This document shows, piece by piece, positions 8,959 through 16,601 of a DNA stretch of 48,975 nucleotides (position 1 is its first letter; every line of letters begins with the position of its first letter). The position numbers and the translations under genes were made by a program. The stretch is from positions 1 through 48,975 of IMG/VR virus record IMGVR_UViG_3300043540_000102; one strand, written 5' to 3'. The notes beneath the pieces are model-generated. The model was not told the DNA's origin and searched no databases. It was given only the letters and a program-made list of their open reading frames with translations. The DNA is from a virus. Lineage: Duplodnaviria > Caudoviricetes.

Positions 8959-9687
8959 TTAAGCCCCGGGATTGGCGGTGGAGATGCGGCCCGCCTTGGC
9001 ATCCGCATCCAGCCAACCCAGGACCTTGAAGCGGAGGAGATTGGCCTTCAGCTCCGGATAGCGCTTTTCAGCCAGCTTGTAGGCGAGGGCGAACCACTCG
9101 GCGACCGTCTGGCCGTTCTGGTAGAGAGCGAACCGGGCTTCTGCCGCTGAATGACCTGCCGCGTCCTTGAGGACGGTGATGACGTTCTCATCCGCGTGCT
9201 TGCGGACGCCGACCAGCCACTGGCACTTGTCGGTGAACTTCTGGGCGTGCTGGGGCTTCGGGTGGTTCTTGAGCGAACCCTTCAACTCCACGACGCCTTC
9301 GGCGACCGGCGCGACTTCCTTGACCTTGGTAAGCTTGCCCTTCTTGAAGGGGATGACCTTTCCCCCGTCCAAGGCGATAGCCTCGAATTCGGTGACAGCC
9401 TTGGTCGTGGCGAGCCACTCGGCGACCTTCTTGGCCAGCTCGCGGATGCGCTTGCAGCCGGTGCCCTTGTCGGAGAAGCGATTGACTTCGGCCGGGACGC
9501 CTTCCACGTTGCGCTCGTTGAGAAAGCTGCGGAGGAGATTGAACACCTGGGGAAGCTCCTTGGGGACAAGGTTCTCCGGCATGAAATCGCCGGTCTCGCC
9601 GGAAACCCCGGAGGCGATGATGGTGAGGTTGGTGGACGCGCCCTTGATGGTCAGAGTGGTGACGGTGGTGTCAAGGGAGAGGAGCAT
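8959..9687 (-). CDS. Hypothetical Lys/Ala-rich early protein
   Basis: 242-aa ORF with an AAAAGGA RBS and its own promoter. Confidence 0.65.
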   Translation of the reverse strand: MLLSLDTTVTTLTIKGASTNLTIIASGVSGETGDFMPENLVPKELPQVFNLLRSFLNERNVEGVPAEVNRFSDKGTGCKRIRELAKKVAEWLATTKAVTEFEAIALDGGKVIPFKKGKLTKVKEVAPVAEGVVELKGSLKNHPKPQHAQKFTDKCQWLVGVRKHADENVITVLKDAAGHSAAEARFALYQNGQTVAEWFALAYKLAEKRYPELKANLLRFKVLGWLDADAKAGRISTANPGA

Positions 9688-9732
9688 TTCGAATTTCCTT
9701 TTCGGCCCCAGCCCTATCGCTGGTGTAGGTTT

Positions 9733-9761
9733 GTTCTAGTTGATACAACCGGAGAAGTCAA
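9733..9761 (-). promoter_or_regulatory. Sigma70-like early promoter
   Basis: TTGACT-17 bp-TAGAAC. Confidence 0.6.
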
Positions 9762-9780
9762 GTGTGTATCAGAAAGATTT

Positions 9781-11739
9781 CTAGATTATTTTCTCCTTGG
9801 CGTCGCCCCACGACGGCCCGCGCTCGATATCCACGCTCATTGGGATGGAAAGCGGGATGGCGTCCACCATCAGCTTCCCGCAGGCCCGGGCGTCGTCCGG
9901 ATTGTCGAAGGAGAAACCAAGCTCATCGTGGATTTGAATCATCGGGCAATAGCCTGCATCCCAGATATCCAGCATGGCGGTCTTCATCTGGCGGGCGGCG
10001 CTTCCCTGAACGAGATGGTTGAACGCCTTGTGGGTGTAGGCGCGGCGAATGTTGCCCTCGCCCCAAGTCTCGACTGCCGCCGCGTAGGGGCGAGCGGTCT
10101 GGCCTTTCTCAAAACAATCCTCTTCCCAAAGGTCATAATGGACCTTCGCCCCATCCAGCAGCCTCACATAACCCCGCTGAGACGCCCAAGTAGAGATGAC
10201 CTTGCTTGCCTGCGAGACAAAGGGCAGCTCGCGATCATATTGGGCCATGGTGGATTTCGCCTCGAACGGGCTCATGCCCGTCATGATCGCGAATTGGGCC
10301 ACACCGGCTCCGAACGCCTTGGCAAAGTTCACGTCCTTCGCGCGGCGGCGGATGAGCCGGGTGATCTCCACGACGTAGTTGTGAAAGTCGGTGGTCGGGT
10401 CCTCGCGATAGCGCCTGACGGCGATGTCCGCCCCTTCGATGTGGAGTCCCGGGGGGAGCTTGTCCGGCGGGAGCATCTGGAGGATATATGCCACGTGGAC
10501 GATGAGCCGGTATTCCTGTTGGCTGTAGTCGATGGCGTACCAGCTCCCAAATTCAGGGAGGAAGCACCGGCGGATGCGCGGGGCCAGCTCATCGTCGCGG
10601 GATGGCATCTGCTGTAGCGGCGGGTCCGAGTAGGAGAACCGATGCGACCTTGTGCCCCCGTTCTCACTTTTGAATTGGTTGATCGAGGCGTAAATGCGAC
10701 CGTGCTGGTTGTACCCGCGAATGTAGGTGCCGAGAAACTTGTTGGCGGCGTCGTCTATCTGCTTGGCCCGGGTAATGAGGCGGGGCAGCTGGGCGGGATG
10801 GTCCTTCATCCACGACGATTCGAATGATGGATTGCCGGCGGCTGTCCTTGGATAGTCGAGGCTCTGCGAATCGAAGATTTCCACCATCTTCTTGCCAGAA
10901 CGGAATTCCGACAGGCTGACAGGGCGGCCGAGGATATCCCTGATGGACGCAATGGTTGTGGTCAACTTGGAGTTGAATTCGATGATCGTCTGGTCAACCG
11001 CGTTCTCATCAATCCGGATGCCCCGGCGACGCATAGCCAGCGTCATCGGGATAAGGCGCATCTCCTTCAGGTAGGCGGCATAAACCCCTTCCTCGATCAC
11101 CCGGGGCAGCAGGGCATGATAGGCTGCGAGGGTCACAACCGCGTCGGTCTCGGCGTAGGGTCCGACGTATTGGGCCGGGAGCCGCCACATGTTCTCGGAG
11201 ACCTTGCCCTTGGGGATTCCCCGGTCAGCCGCCGCCTGATCCATCAGGCGCGTATCTTTCCCGGGAATTCCGATCCAGCGGCAAATTCCGTCCAAGCTGT
11301 ACGACAAGAGGCTTTCAGTGATAAAGACCGCGAGCGCTCCGGTGTCCCCGATATTCTTGGGTGGCTTGATCCCCCATTCCGTTTCGGTCCAACCCAGATC
11401 GTAGGAAATGTTGTGGCCTACAATGGTTGTGCCTTCTTGGGAGAATAACTCTCTCAAGAAGGCACCGACCCTTCCGTGATCCCAATTCGCCGTCTCGGGG
11501 TGATTGATGGGCAGGTAGATGGCCCCGCCTTCCCAAGCGAGCGAAACCCCGATCACGCAGCCCTTCCCGACGCACCAGCCGGGGCCTTTACCGTTCTGGA
11601 GCCCCTCATCCTTGGTCTCCAAGTCGAAGGCGACCACAGTGGCGTCACGAAGATTGGGCAGGTCAGTCGGGACCTTCCAACTGGATTCCGTAGGGAACAT
11701 CAGAACCTGCTTGGGTTGGGCGAAGAACTTGGATGCCAT
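9781..11739 (-). CDS. polA: DNA polymerase, family A, with 3'-5' exonuclease
   Basis: Exo motifs FDLET, GHNISYD and YAETD; motif A IDYSQQEYR; motif B RRAKDVNF; motif C QIHDEL. Start taken at MASKFF. Confidence 0.95.
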   Translation of the reverse strand: MASKFFAQPKQVLMFPTESSWKVPTDLPNLRDATVVAFDLETKDEGLQNGKGPGWCVGKGCVIGVSLAWEGGAIYLPINHPETANWDHGRVGAFLRELFSQEGTTIVGHNISYDLGWTETEWGIKPPKNIGDTGALAVFITESLLSYSLDGICRWIGIPGKDTRLMDQAAADRGIPKGKVSENMWRLPAQYVGPYAETDAVVTLAAYHALLPRVIEEGVYAAYLKEMRLIPMTLAMRRRGIRIDENAVDQTIIEFNSKLTTTIASIRDILGRPVSLSEFRSGKKMVEIFDSQSLDYPRTAAGNPSFESSWMKDHPAQLPRLITRAKQIDDAANKFLGTYIRGYNQHGRIYASINQFKSENGGTRSHRFSYSDPPLQQMPSRDDELAPRIRRCFLPEFGSWYAIDYSQQEYRLIVHVAYILQMLPPDKLPPGLHIEGADIAVRRYREDPTTDFHNYVVEITRLIRRRAKDVNFAKAFGAGVAQFAIMTGMSPFEAKSTMAQYDRELPFVSQASKVISTWASQRGYVRLLDGAKVHYDLWEEDCFEKGQTARPYAAAVETWGEGNIRRAYTHKAFNHLVQGSAARQMKTAMLDIWDAGYCPMIQIHDELGFSFDNPDDARACGKLMVDAIPLSIPMSVDIERGPSWGDAKEKII

Positions 11740-11741
11740 GG

Positions 11742-12089
11742 TTATTCCGTGTCTTTGGCGTAGTGGCCGCCGTCCTCGGGCGTCCCGGAGAGGTGGGGGG
11801 AGAAGAACAACCCCGGGGCGGGGGTGGGCTTCTTGCAGCGATCCGCCGCCAGCTTGGCATACCCGGCGATATCGTCCCAATGGTCCTGAATCTCCGGGTC
11901 ACCCACGAGAATCCGACCGATCTTGTGGGCGATCATGTGAAGCGACTCGCGCTTGGCCGGGTCAAGGACAGCCCAATTCTTGGACTCCTGACAAATGGCG
12001 AGGATTCCCGCGATGATGTTGGTCTGGTCGGTGTAGTCCCCATGAGTGGTCTCCCGGGCGGCGAGGATTGCCTTGATGTCTTGTCTCAC
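11742..12089 (-). CDS. DUF6378-like small helical protein, possibly nucleotide-pool related
   Basis: 'R-x-x-THGDY...MIAHKIGRI...DHWDDIAGYA' pattern; GTG start overlaps the HD gene stop. Confidence 0.65.
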   Translation of the reverse strand: MRQDIKAILAARETTHGDYTDQTNIIAGILAICQESKNWAVLDPAKRESLHMIAHKIGRILVGDPEIQDHWDDIAGYAKLAADRCKKPTPAPGLFFSPHLSGTPEDGGHYAKDTE

Positions 12090-12694
12090 TGGATGAATTC
12101 CTTGAACAGGTTGGTGAGGATTTCGGTCTGGCTGTGGTGGGCCAGCTCGATGGTAAGAGTGAGCCGCTTCGCAAGGTAGAGGTTCACCTGAACCCAAGCC
12201 GAGTCTGCCAGTTCCGTCTTGTATTCTTGGACCTTAAGCAGGCAGCGCTCGGCGACGATCCAGCCGTATTTGGAGCCGAGGAGCCACTCATGGAGCCCCT
12301 CCTCAGCCATCTCGATATATTCGCTGACCTTGATCTTCTTGGCCACGGAGGGCGCGGACGGGGGCGCGGCGGGGATATCCCAGTATTCGAGCAGGTTGTT
12401 GAGGGCGGTTTCCTCCAGACGATTGTGAGCAACCTTGAAGTCCTTGTCCCGGGCCTTCGACGGATAGGGTGCATCGCCCACGGCGATTTCCCCGCAGTCG
12501 TGAAACATGATAGCCTGCATCACATTCTTCTCCGGAACGCCGAAGATGCTGGTGTAAACCCGCAGGAGCTGCCACGTGTGTTCGGCGACCGATTGCCGGT
12601 GAAGCGTTGGCCAAGTGTGATAGCGTTCGACCTGACCCGCGAGCCGGAGATCAGATAGCACCAGATCGGCGGACGAATCGTCTTTCTTAAGCAT
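12086..12694 (-). CDS. HD-domain 5'-deoxynucleotidase (YfbR-like)
   Basis: 'V-x-RYH...QSVAEHTW...FHDCGE-x-x-x-GD-x-PYP-x-K'. Confidence 0.85.
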   Translation of the reverse strand: MLKKDDSSADLVLSDLRLAGQVERYHTWPTLHRQSVAEHTWQLLRVYTSIFGVPEKNVMQAIMFHDCGEIAVGDAPYPSKARDKDFKVAHNRLEETALNNLLEYWDIPAAPPSAPSVAKKIKVSEYIEMAEEGLHEWLLGSKYGWIVAERCLLKVQEYKTELADSAWVQVNLYLAKRLTLTIELAHHSQTEILTNLFKEFIQ

Positions 12695-13748
12695 GCTTCA
12701 CTTCCTTCTGTTTCAGCGCCCTATCGCGCCTATTAAACCATTCTTCGGCCGCCTGCTTCCAGTCCGGGGCGGTGACCCGATTCATGTGATATTCTCGACC
12801 CACCTTATTATGGGTCTTGTGCTCAGCGTAAGCCGCCGCGAGAGCGAATACTGTAGTCAAGAATGGGTTCCGAGTCGAGACAAAAATGTCGTTCTCGAAA
12901 AGCGGAGGGCCTTGGACGTGAAGCCGGTCCAACGCCTCCCAGAGCCGCGACAGGTCTTCATCGAAGGTGCTCGGATCACCGACCAGCGGCAGCATCTCAC
13001 CGTAGTTCATGTCCTGAGTGGAGAGGCTCAACGCGACCGTATCCGAGTGGGTGTAGTCGTCGGCTCCGATCCGCTCCTTTATCATCTCCCACACGTCCAT
13101 GTACATGTGATAGTCGTTCGACACCTGGGTGTATTCGCCCATCGGGACGCCGACCATGGATGCGATGTACTCCTGAAGGAGCGCGAAGTGGACCGCGTTG
13201 GCCCCGTAGGTTCCAAAAATGATGTCGTTGGAACGGTTGTACACCGTCATGTCGAGTCTGCCCAAGCGAATCCTGAAGACCGCGCAAAGGTTACACGGCT
13301 TTGCTATCTCCGGGGGCGTCGAGAAGTCTTCACTATCCCACATCTGTAGGACGGCCTGACGGGTGTTCGGGTCCACCTTGAGCTTGTCGATGATGTCCTG
13401 TATCTGGTCAACTTCGAAGTAGCTGCGCCAGCGGTAGCCGTAGGCGTCGGGGATGATCCCTGAAACCCCGTAGCGGGACGAAAAACCCTTAATGTACATG
13501 TCCAGAGGTCCCCCGTCCTCGCGCCCCTCCAACATCCACATCGCTTCGATAAGGTGGAAGAATGGGTTGGCGTCCCGGTAGGGATTCAGGAGGACATGTT
13601 GCTTGGGGTAGCGGTACACAGTCGCGACAGGCCCCGGATAGGTGATTACATCGCCGTTCCGGGACGGTTCCACCATGCCTTTGCGCAGAAGGAGGGCGAT
13701 GCCCCGGGGGAGGGCCTCGCGCACGTTCTTGACGGACAATCCAAACAT
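12687..13748 (-). CDS. Thymidylate synthase-fold dUMP hydroxymethylase-like protein
   Basis: AYG-x-RWR, TRQAVLQMWD, catalytic PCN, RSND...GANA (Asn indicates dUMP specificity) and H-x-Y motifs; long C-terminal extension; context of 5hmdU-modifying genes. Confidence 0.8.
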   Translation of the reverse strand: MFGLSVKNVREALPRGIALLLRKGMVEPSRNGDVITYPGPVATVYRYPKQHVLLNPYRDANPFFHLIEAMWMLEGREDGGPLDMYIKGFSSRYGVSGIIPDAYGYRWRSYFEVDQIQDIIDKLKVDPNTRQAVLQMWDSEDFSTPPEIAKPCNLCAVFRIRLGRLDMTVYNRSNDIIFGTYGANAVHFALLQEYIASMVGVPMGEYTQVSNDYHMYMDVWEMIKERIGADDYTHSDTVALSLSTQDMNYGEMLPLVGDPSTFDEDLSRLWEALDRLHVQGPPLFENDIFVSTRNPFLTTVFALAAAYAEHKTHNKVGREYHMNRVTAPDWKQAAEEWFNRRDRALKQKEVKHA

Positions 13749-14326
13749 TATCTCGACACTCCAAGTAGTTCGCACGACCTGTAGAAAGCTTCCTCACGGC
13801 CAAGGAATTCGACGGGGATTCCGTGCTTAAGGAGCTTCTCCGAGTTGCGGCGGATCGCTGTGACCTTATCGGTGATCAGGTCTGGGTTGACGGGCTCGAA
13901 AGGCTTCTGCAGCCTGATGGCCCGCTCCTTCCTCCGCTCGTTGACCGAGTACAGGCACGCCGCGAGCGGGGTGGACAGCTCGATGACATGGAGAGCCTGC
14001 CCGCTATCGGCGTGCAGCTTGGTCATCCGGTCAAAGCCGTACATCGACAACAGGACGCCTTCGAAGATGACGTGGTTGCCCATCCGGTGGAATTCGAGAA
14101 GGGTCTCGCAAATCCAGTCGGCGATGCCCTTTGCGGAGAAATTGTCACAACCTCCGGTTGGCGTTTCGTAGGGTCCAAAGACCACGACGGGGTAGGTCGT
14201 GCACTGATAGCCGATGACCTTGCAATCCGGATTTTTGATGGGGCGATACTGGCCACGGTGGGCCATGACCCGGCGGACAACGGTGGTCTTTCCGGCCCCG
14301 TTGGCTCCTCGAAGATTAAGCAGCAT
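13748..14326 (-). CDS. P-loop nucleotide kinase (candidate 5hmdUMP kinase)
   Basis: N-terminal Walker A RGANGAGKTT, GGCD, VIFEG and an R-x-x-x-R lid. Confidence 0.75.
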   Translation of the reverse strand: MLLNLRGANGAGKTTVVRRVMAHRGQYRPIKNPDCKVIGYQCTTYPVVVFGPYETPTGGCDNFSAKGIADWICETLLEFHRMGNHVIFEGVLLSMYGFDRMTKLHADSGQALHVIELSTPLAACLYSVNERRKERAIRLQKPFEPVNPDLITDKVTAIRRNSEKLLKHGIPVEFLGREEAFYRSCELLGVSR

Positions 14327-14432
14327 GCGATTCCCTCCAAGCCTTGATGGCTCCAACTAGCTCTTGAAACTTGTCCCCCAGAAATTCCCCATCTTTAGCC
14401 CAGACGTTGGGCCTGGGGATATTCCGCCTCAC

Positions 14433-15260
14433 TCATCTGACCTCCTCGGGCATCACCGATAGCATTCTCTCTGCCGTCTGCCCCCAACCATGGAGGTTGT
14501 GGCGGGTTTCCTTGATGTCCTTCCCAACCCAATAGCGTCCGTTGCGATAGGACTTGTATTTACACAGGACGGTTTCCGCTTCCTGCATGCTGCAGGCGCG
14601 ATGCCCCGAGGCGGGCTCGCGGAAGATCGACACGGACTTGATCAGCTGATCAAAGACCCAAGCTTTCGACGGCGGGGGCAGGGCTCCTTCCATATCCGCA
14701 AGGAGCAGGTCTAAGCACGCAGCGGGCTGAGCGTAAAGCGTCGTTTTCTCATCGAAGATGACGGTGTGGCCCCAGACGACTTCGAGCATGTCGGCGATCT
14801 TAAACCCGATCCAAGGACCAAACTGTGGCCAGCCCCGGGCGATGTCGATGACCTGAGCCGCCGTGACAGACGCCTCCAGATCACAAAACCACGCCATGAC
14901 CGGGCGGCGCGAGAAATGGTTGATGGCGTCCACGCATTTCTGGCCACGGAAGTGCCGCCGCTCAGCACCCCGGGGCCAACGCCCACCGTTCGGTGGGGGA
15001 GCGACGTTCCCGGCAGCTACAAGCATCCCCTTCCAATAATCCCTATCCTGGAATTCCGAGAGGTAGGACGCCACCCCAACGTCATAGAAGCACCAATAGG
15101 CGAACAGCCATCTGGAGAGCTGCGGAAAAGGGAGCTGAAGGTTGGTGAGCCCAACATAAACCGGGTCAAGGTCCTTGGTGTCGATCAGCTGGGCGGCGAA
15201 GTTGCCCACTGTGAGGTGTTGGGGAGAAAGATTGGGCTGGAGGAAGAGCGTCTGGCTCAT
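14433..15260 (-). CDS. Amino acid:DNA transferase (aGPT-Pplase2/ADDT family)
   Basis: DLDPVY, WLFAYWCFY, WPRG-x-ERRHFRG, FGPWIGFKIADM and QEAETVLCK motifs of the glycosylase-fold transferases of M6/PaMx11-type phages. Confidence 0.85.
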   Translation of the reverse strand: MSQTLFLQPNLSPQHLTVGNFAAQLIDTKDLDPVYVGLTNLQLPFPQLSRWLFAYWCFYDVGVASYLSEFQDRDYWKGMLVAAGNVAPPPNGGRWPRGAERRHFRGQKCVDAINHFSRRPVMAWFCDLEASVTAAQVIDIARGWPQFGPWIGFKIADMLEVVWGHTVIFDEKTTLYAQPAACLDLLLADMEGALPPPSKAWVFDQLIKSVSIFREPASGHRACSMQEAETVLCKYKSYRNGRYWVGKDIKETRHNLHGWGQTAERMLSVMPEEVR

Positions 15261-15300
15261 GGTCGTCCTTCTGGCGGGCCTATCCCCGCGTTCTGTATCG

Positions 15301-15329
15301 AATCTACCCGACCGCGCCCGGGGCGTAAA
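15301..15329 (-). promoter_or_regulatory. Sigma70-like promoter for the ADDT-to-polymerase operon
   Basis: TTTACG-17 bp-TAGATT. Confidence 0.5.
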
Positions 15330-15332
15330 GCG

Positions 15333-15363
15333 AAAAAGGCCGCCAAATGGCGACCTTCTTTTT
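15333..15363. terminator. Probable bidirectional terminator
   Basis: A5-AGGCCGCCA/TGGCGACCT stem with A and T tracts on the two sides. Confidence 0.55.
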
Positions 15364-15395
15364 GGTTGTATCCTTTTTCAAAAGGCAGCGACAAT

Positions 15396-15446
15396 TTGGC
15401 CGAGCGCTTTGATTGCAGCCATGCGAATTTCCTCATCTAAGTCCAG
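15396..15446. repeat. 51-bp direct repeat, copy 1
   Basis: 48/51 identical to 16542-16592. Confidence 0.95.
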
Positions 15447-15541
15447 GAGAATGGTGATGTTCTTGAGTCCAGGAGAATGGTGATGTTCTTGAGTCCAGGA
15501 GAATGGTGATGTTCTTGAGCCCAGGAGAATGGTGATGTTCT
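15440..15541. repeat. Tandem array, about 4 x 26 bp (AGTCCAGGAGAATGGTGATGTTCTTG)
   Basis: Units start at 15440, 15466, 15492 and 15518; the last is 24 bp with one mismatch. No spacers. Confidence 0.95.
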
Positions 15542-15582
15542 CCGGGTTGTGGCCCACCGCGACCAATACAGAAGTCAAGCCC

Positions 15583-15864
15583 CTAATCGAAGATTTTTCT
15601 CAGCTCCAACACATAGTCCTCCTGCAGCTCAACGGCAGTGATGTCTAAGGGGATTCGGTCCCGGTGGGAGAGAGCAATCAGAGGCTTCAGAAGGCTCCCA
15701 GTCCCTGCCGAAGGCTCCAGAATTCGAACCGGGCGGCCGAGGCGCTTGTGCGTCGCGACGATATCCGGCCAGATGGCTTCGGCGATCCGCTCCGCCGTTT
15801 CAGGCGGGGTGAAGAAGTCGCCGAAGGTCTTGGTCATGCGGCCTGTTTTGAGGTGAGTGGTCAT
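15583..15864 (-). CDS. SAM-dependent amino-methyltransferase, N-terminal (SAM-binding) half
   Basis: Motif X FFTP, motif I ILEPSAGTGSLL and motif II AVEL; ends before motifs III and IV. Confidence 0.8.
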   Translation of the reverse strand: MTTHLKTGRMTKTFGDFFTPPETAERIAEAIWPDIVATHKRLGRPVRILEPSAGTGSLLKPLIALSHRDRIPLDITAVELQEDYVLELRKIFD

Positions 15865-16568
15865 TTTTGATAATCCGGGTGGAGCTGGTTGAGAAACTTC
15901 TGGGCACCCGCGAGAGATAAAGCCGCAGTTCCGGCTTTCCTTCGCTTGTCGTCCTCCCTCATGATTTTGTTGTATAAGCTTATCGACTCAGGATGGTTCA
16001 ACTGATTTGCGATGCTCTGCAAAGTGGCAGCTCCTCCGGTGATGAGAATTTTGCCTGTGGTGTATGAACCATTTTCAATTATCTCCCGGCGAGATGTCAC
16101 CTGACCCCAAAGAGGTTGATTGCCCCCGAGCATCCTTCTATGTTGCGCGAGTATCAAGACGGGCTCATCCAGAGATTGGTTCAATTTCCAAGTTGCAATC
16201 TGGATGCCCCAAAGAGAATCCGGTACAGGCTCCCGGTTCACCCCCGGGAGGGCTTCGCTTGGACCGATAGACACCAAACCGCCTTTAGTCCCCCGGAGAC
16301 CAACAAATGAGATGTTGCCCAAGCTGGGCATGTATCCTGGGAATCGTTTTGCGTCATTATCGGGGAGCAAGAACAACAATCTCCCGTCAGCGGAAAGAAG
16401 CTTTTGCCCAGCCAACACAAATTTCTTCCAGAATACTGTACCTTTGCCATCACTCCACGGTGGGTTCCCAACTACAAAGTCAAACCGCTCCGCTCCGAAG
16501 TCGTGCGTTAGGAAGTCAGTGAGCTTGACGGTGAGGTTCAATTGGCCGAGCGCTTTGATTGTAGCCAT
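15861..16568 (-). CDS. SAM-dependent amino-methyltransferase, C-terminal (catalytic) half
   Basis: Motif III DFL, motif IV FDFVVGNPPW and LL-x-x-DGRLLFLLP. Likely start is the ATG at 16568 after GAGGA; a TTG at 16598 is the alternative. Lower GC than the flanks. Confidence 0.8.
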   Translation of the reverse strand: MATIKALGQLNLTVKLTDFLTHDFGAERFDFVVGNPPWSDGKGTVFWKKFVLAGQKLLSADGRLLFLLPDNDAKRFPGYMPSLGNISFVGLRGTKGGLVSIGPSEALPGVNREPVPDSLWGIQIATWKLNQSLDEPVLILAQHRRMLGGNQPLWGQVTSRREIIENGSYTTGKILITGGAATLQSIANQLNHPESISLYNKIMREDDKRRKAGTAALSLAGAQKFLNQLHPDYQK

Positions 16569-16592
16569 GCGAATTTCCTCATCTGGGTCCAG
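16542..16592. repeat. 51-bp direct repeat, copy 2
   Basis: Contains the RBS and first codons (MATIKALGQ) of the catalytic MTase half. Confidence 0.95.
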
Positions 16593-16601
16593 AAACAAGA
16601 C

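Noticed and set aside
9151-10617. Long antisense ORFs (also 20011-20964, 27331-29016, 29735-30856, 35973-37187, 39812-41047)
   Set aside because: These are shadow ORFs opposite well-supported genes in GC-rich DNA, with no motifs or RBS.
12086-12694. DatZ of a 2-aminoadenine (Z) genome
   Set aside because: No PurZ-like gene is in the window, and the neighbours point to 5hmdU chemistry.
12687-13748. Ordinary ThyA or a dCMP hydroxymethylase
   Set aside because: The specificity residue is Asn (dUMP-type, not Asp). The presence of the 5hmdU DNA kinase and ADDT makes hydroxymethylation more likely than dTMP synthesis, although this is not proven.
15440-15541. CRISPR array
   Set aside because: The units are head-to-tail with no unique spacers, and no cas genes are present. 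TnpB has IS ends and is not a Cas12 locus.
15378-15578. HEAT-repeat protein (LDxDEEIRMAAIKALGQ)
   Set aside because: It is a single motif that coincides with a duplicated RBS and start (GAGGAAATTCGCATG). The rest of the ORF is the tandem array read through three frames.
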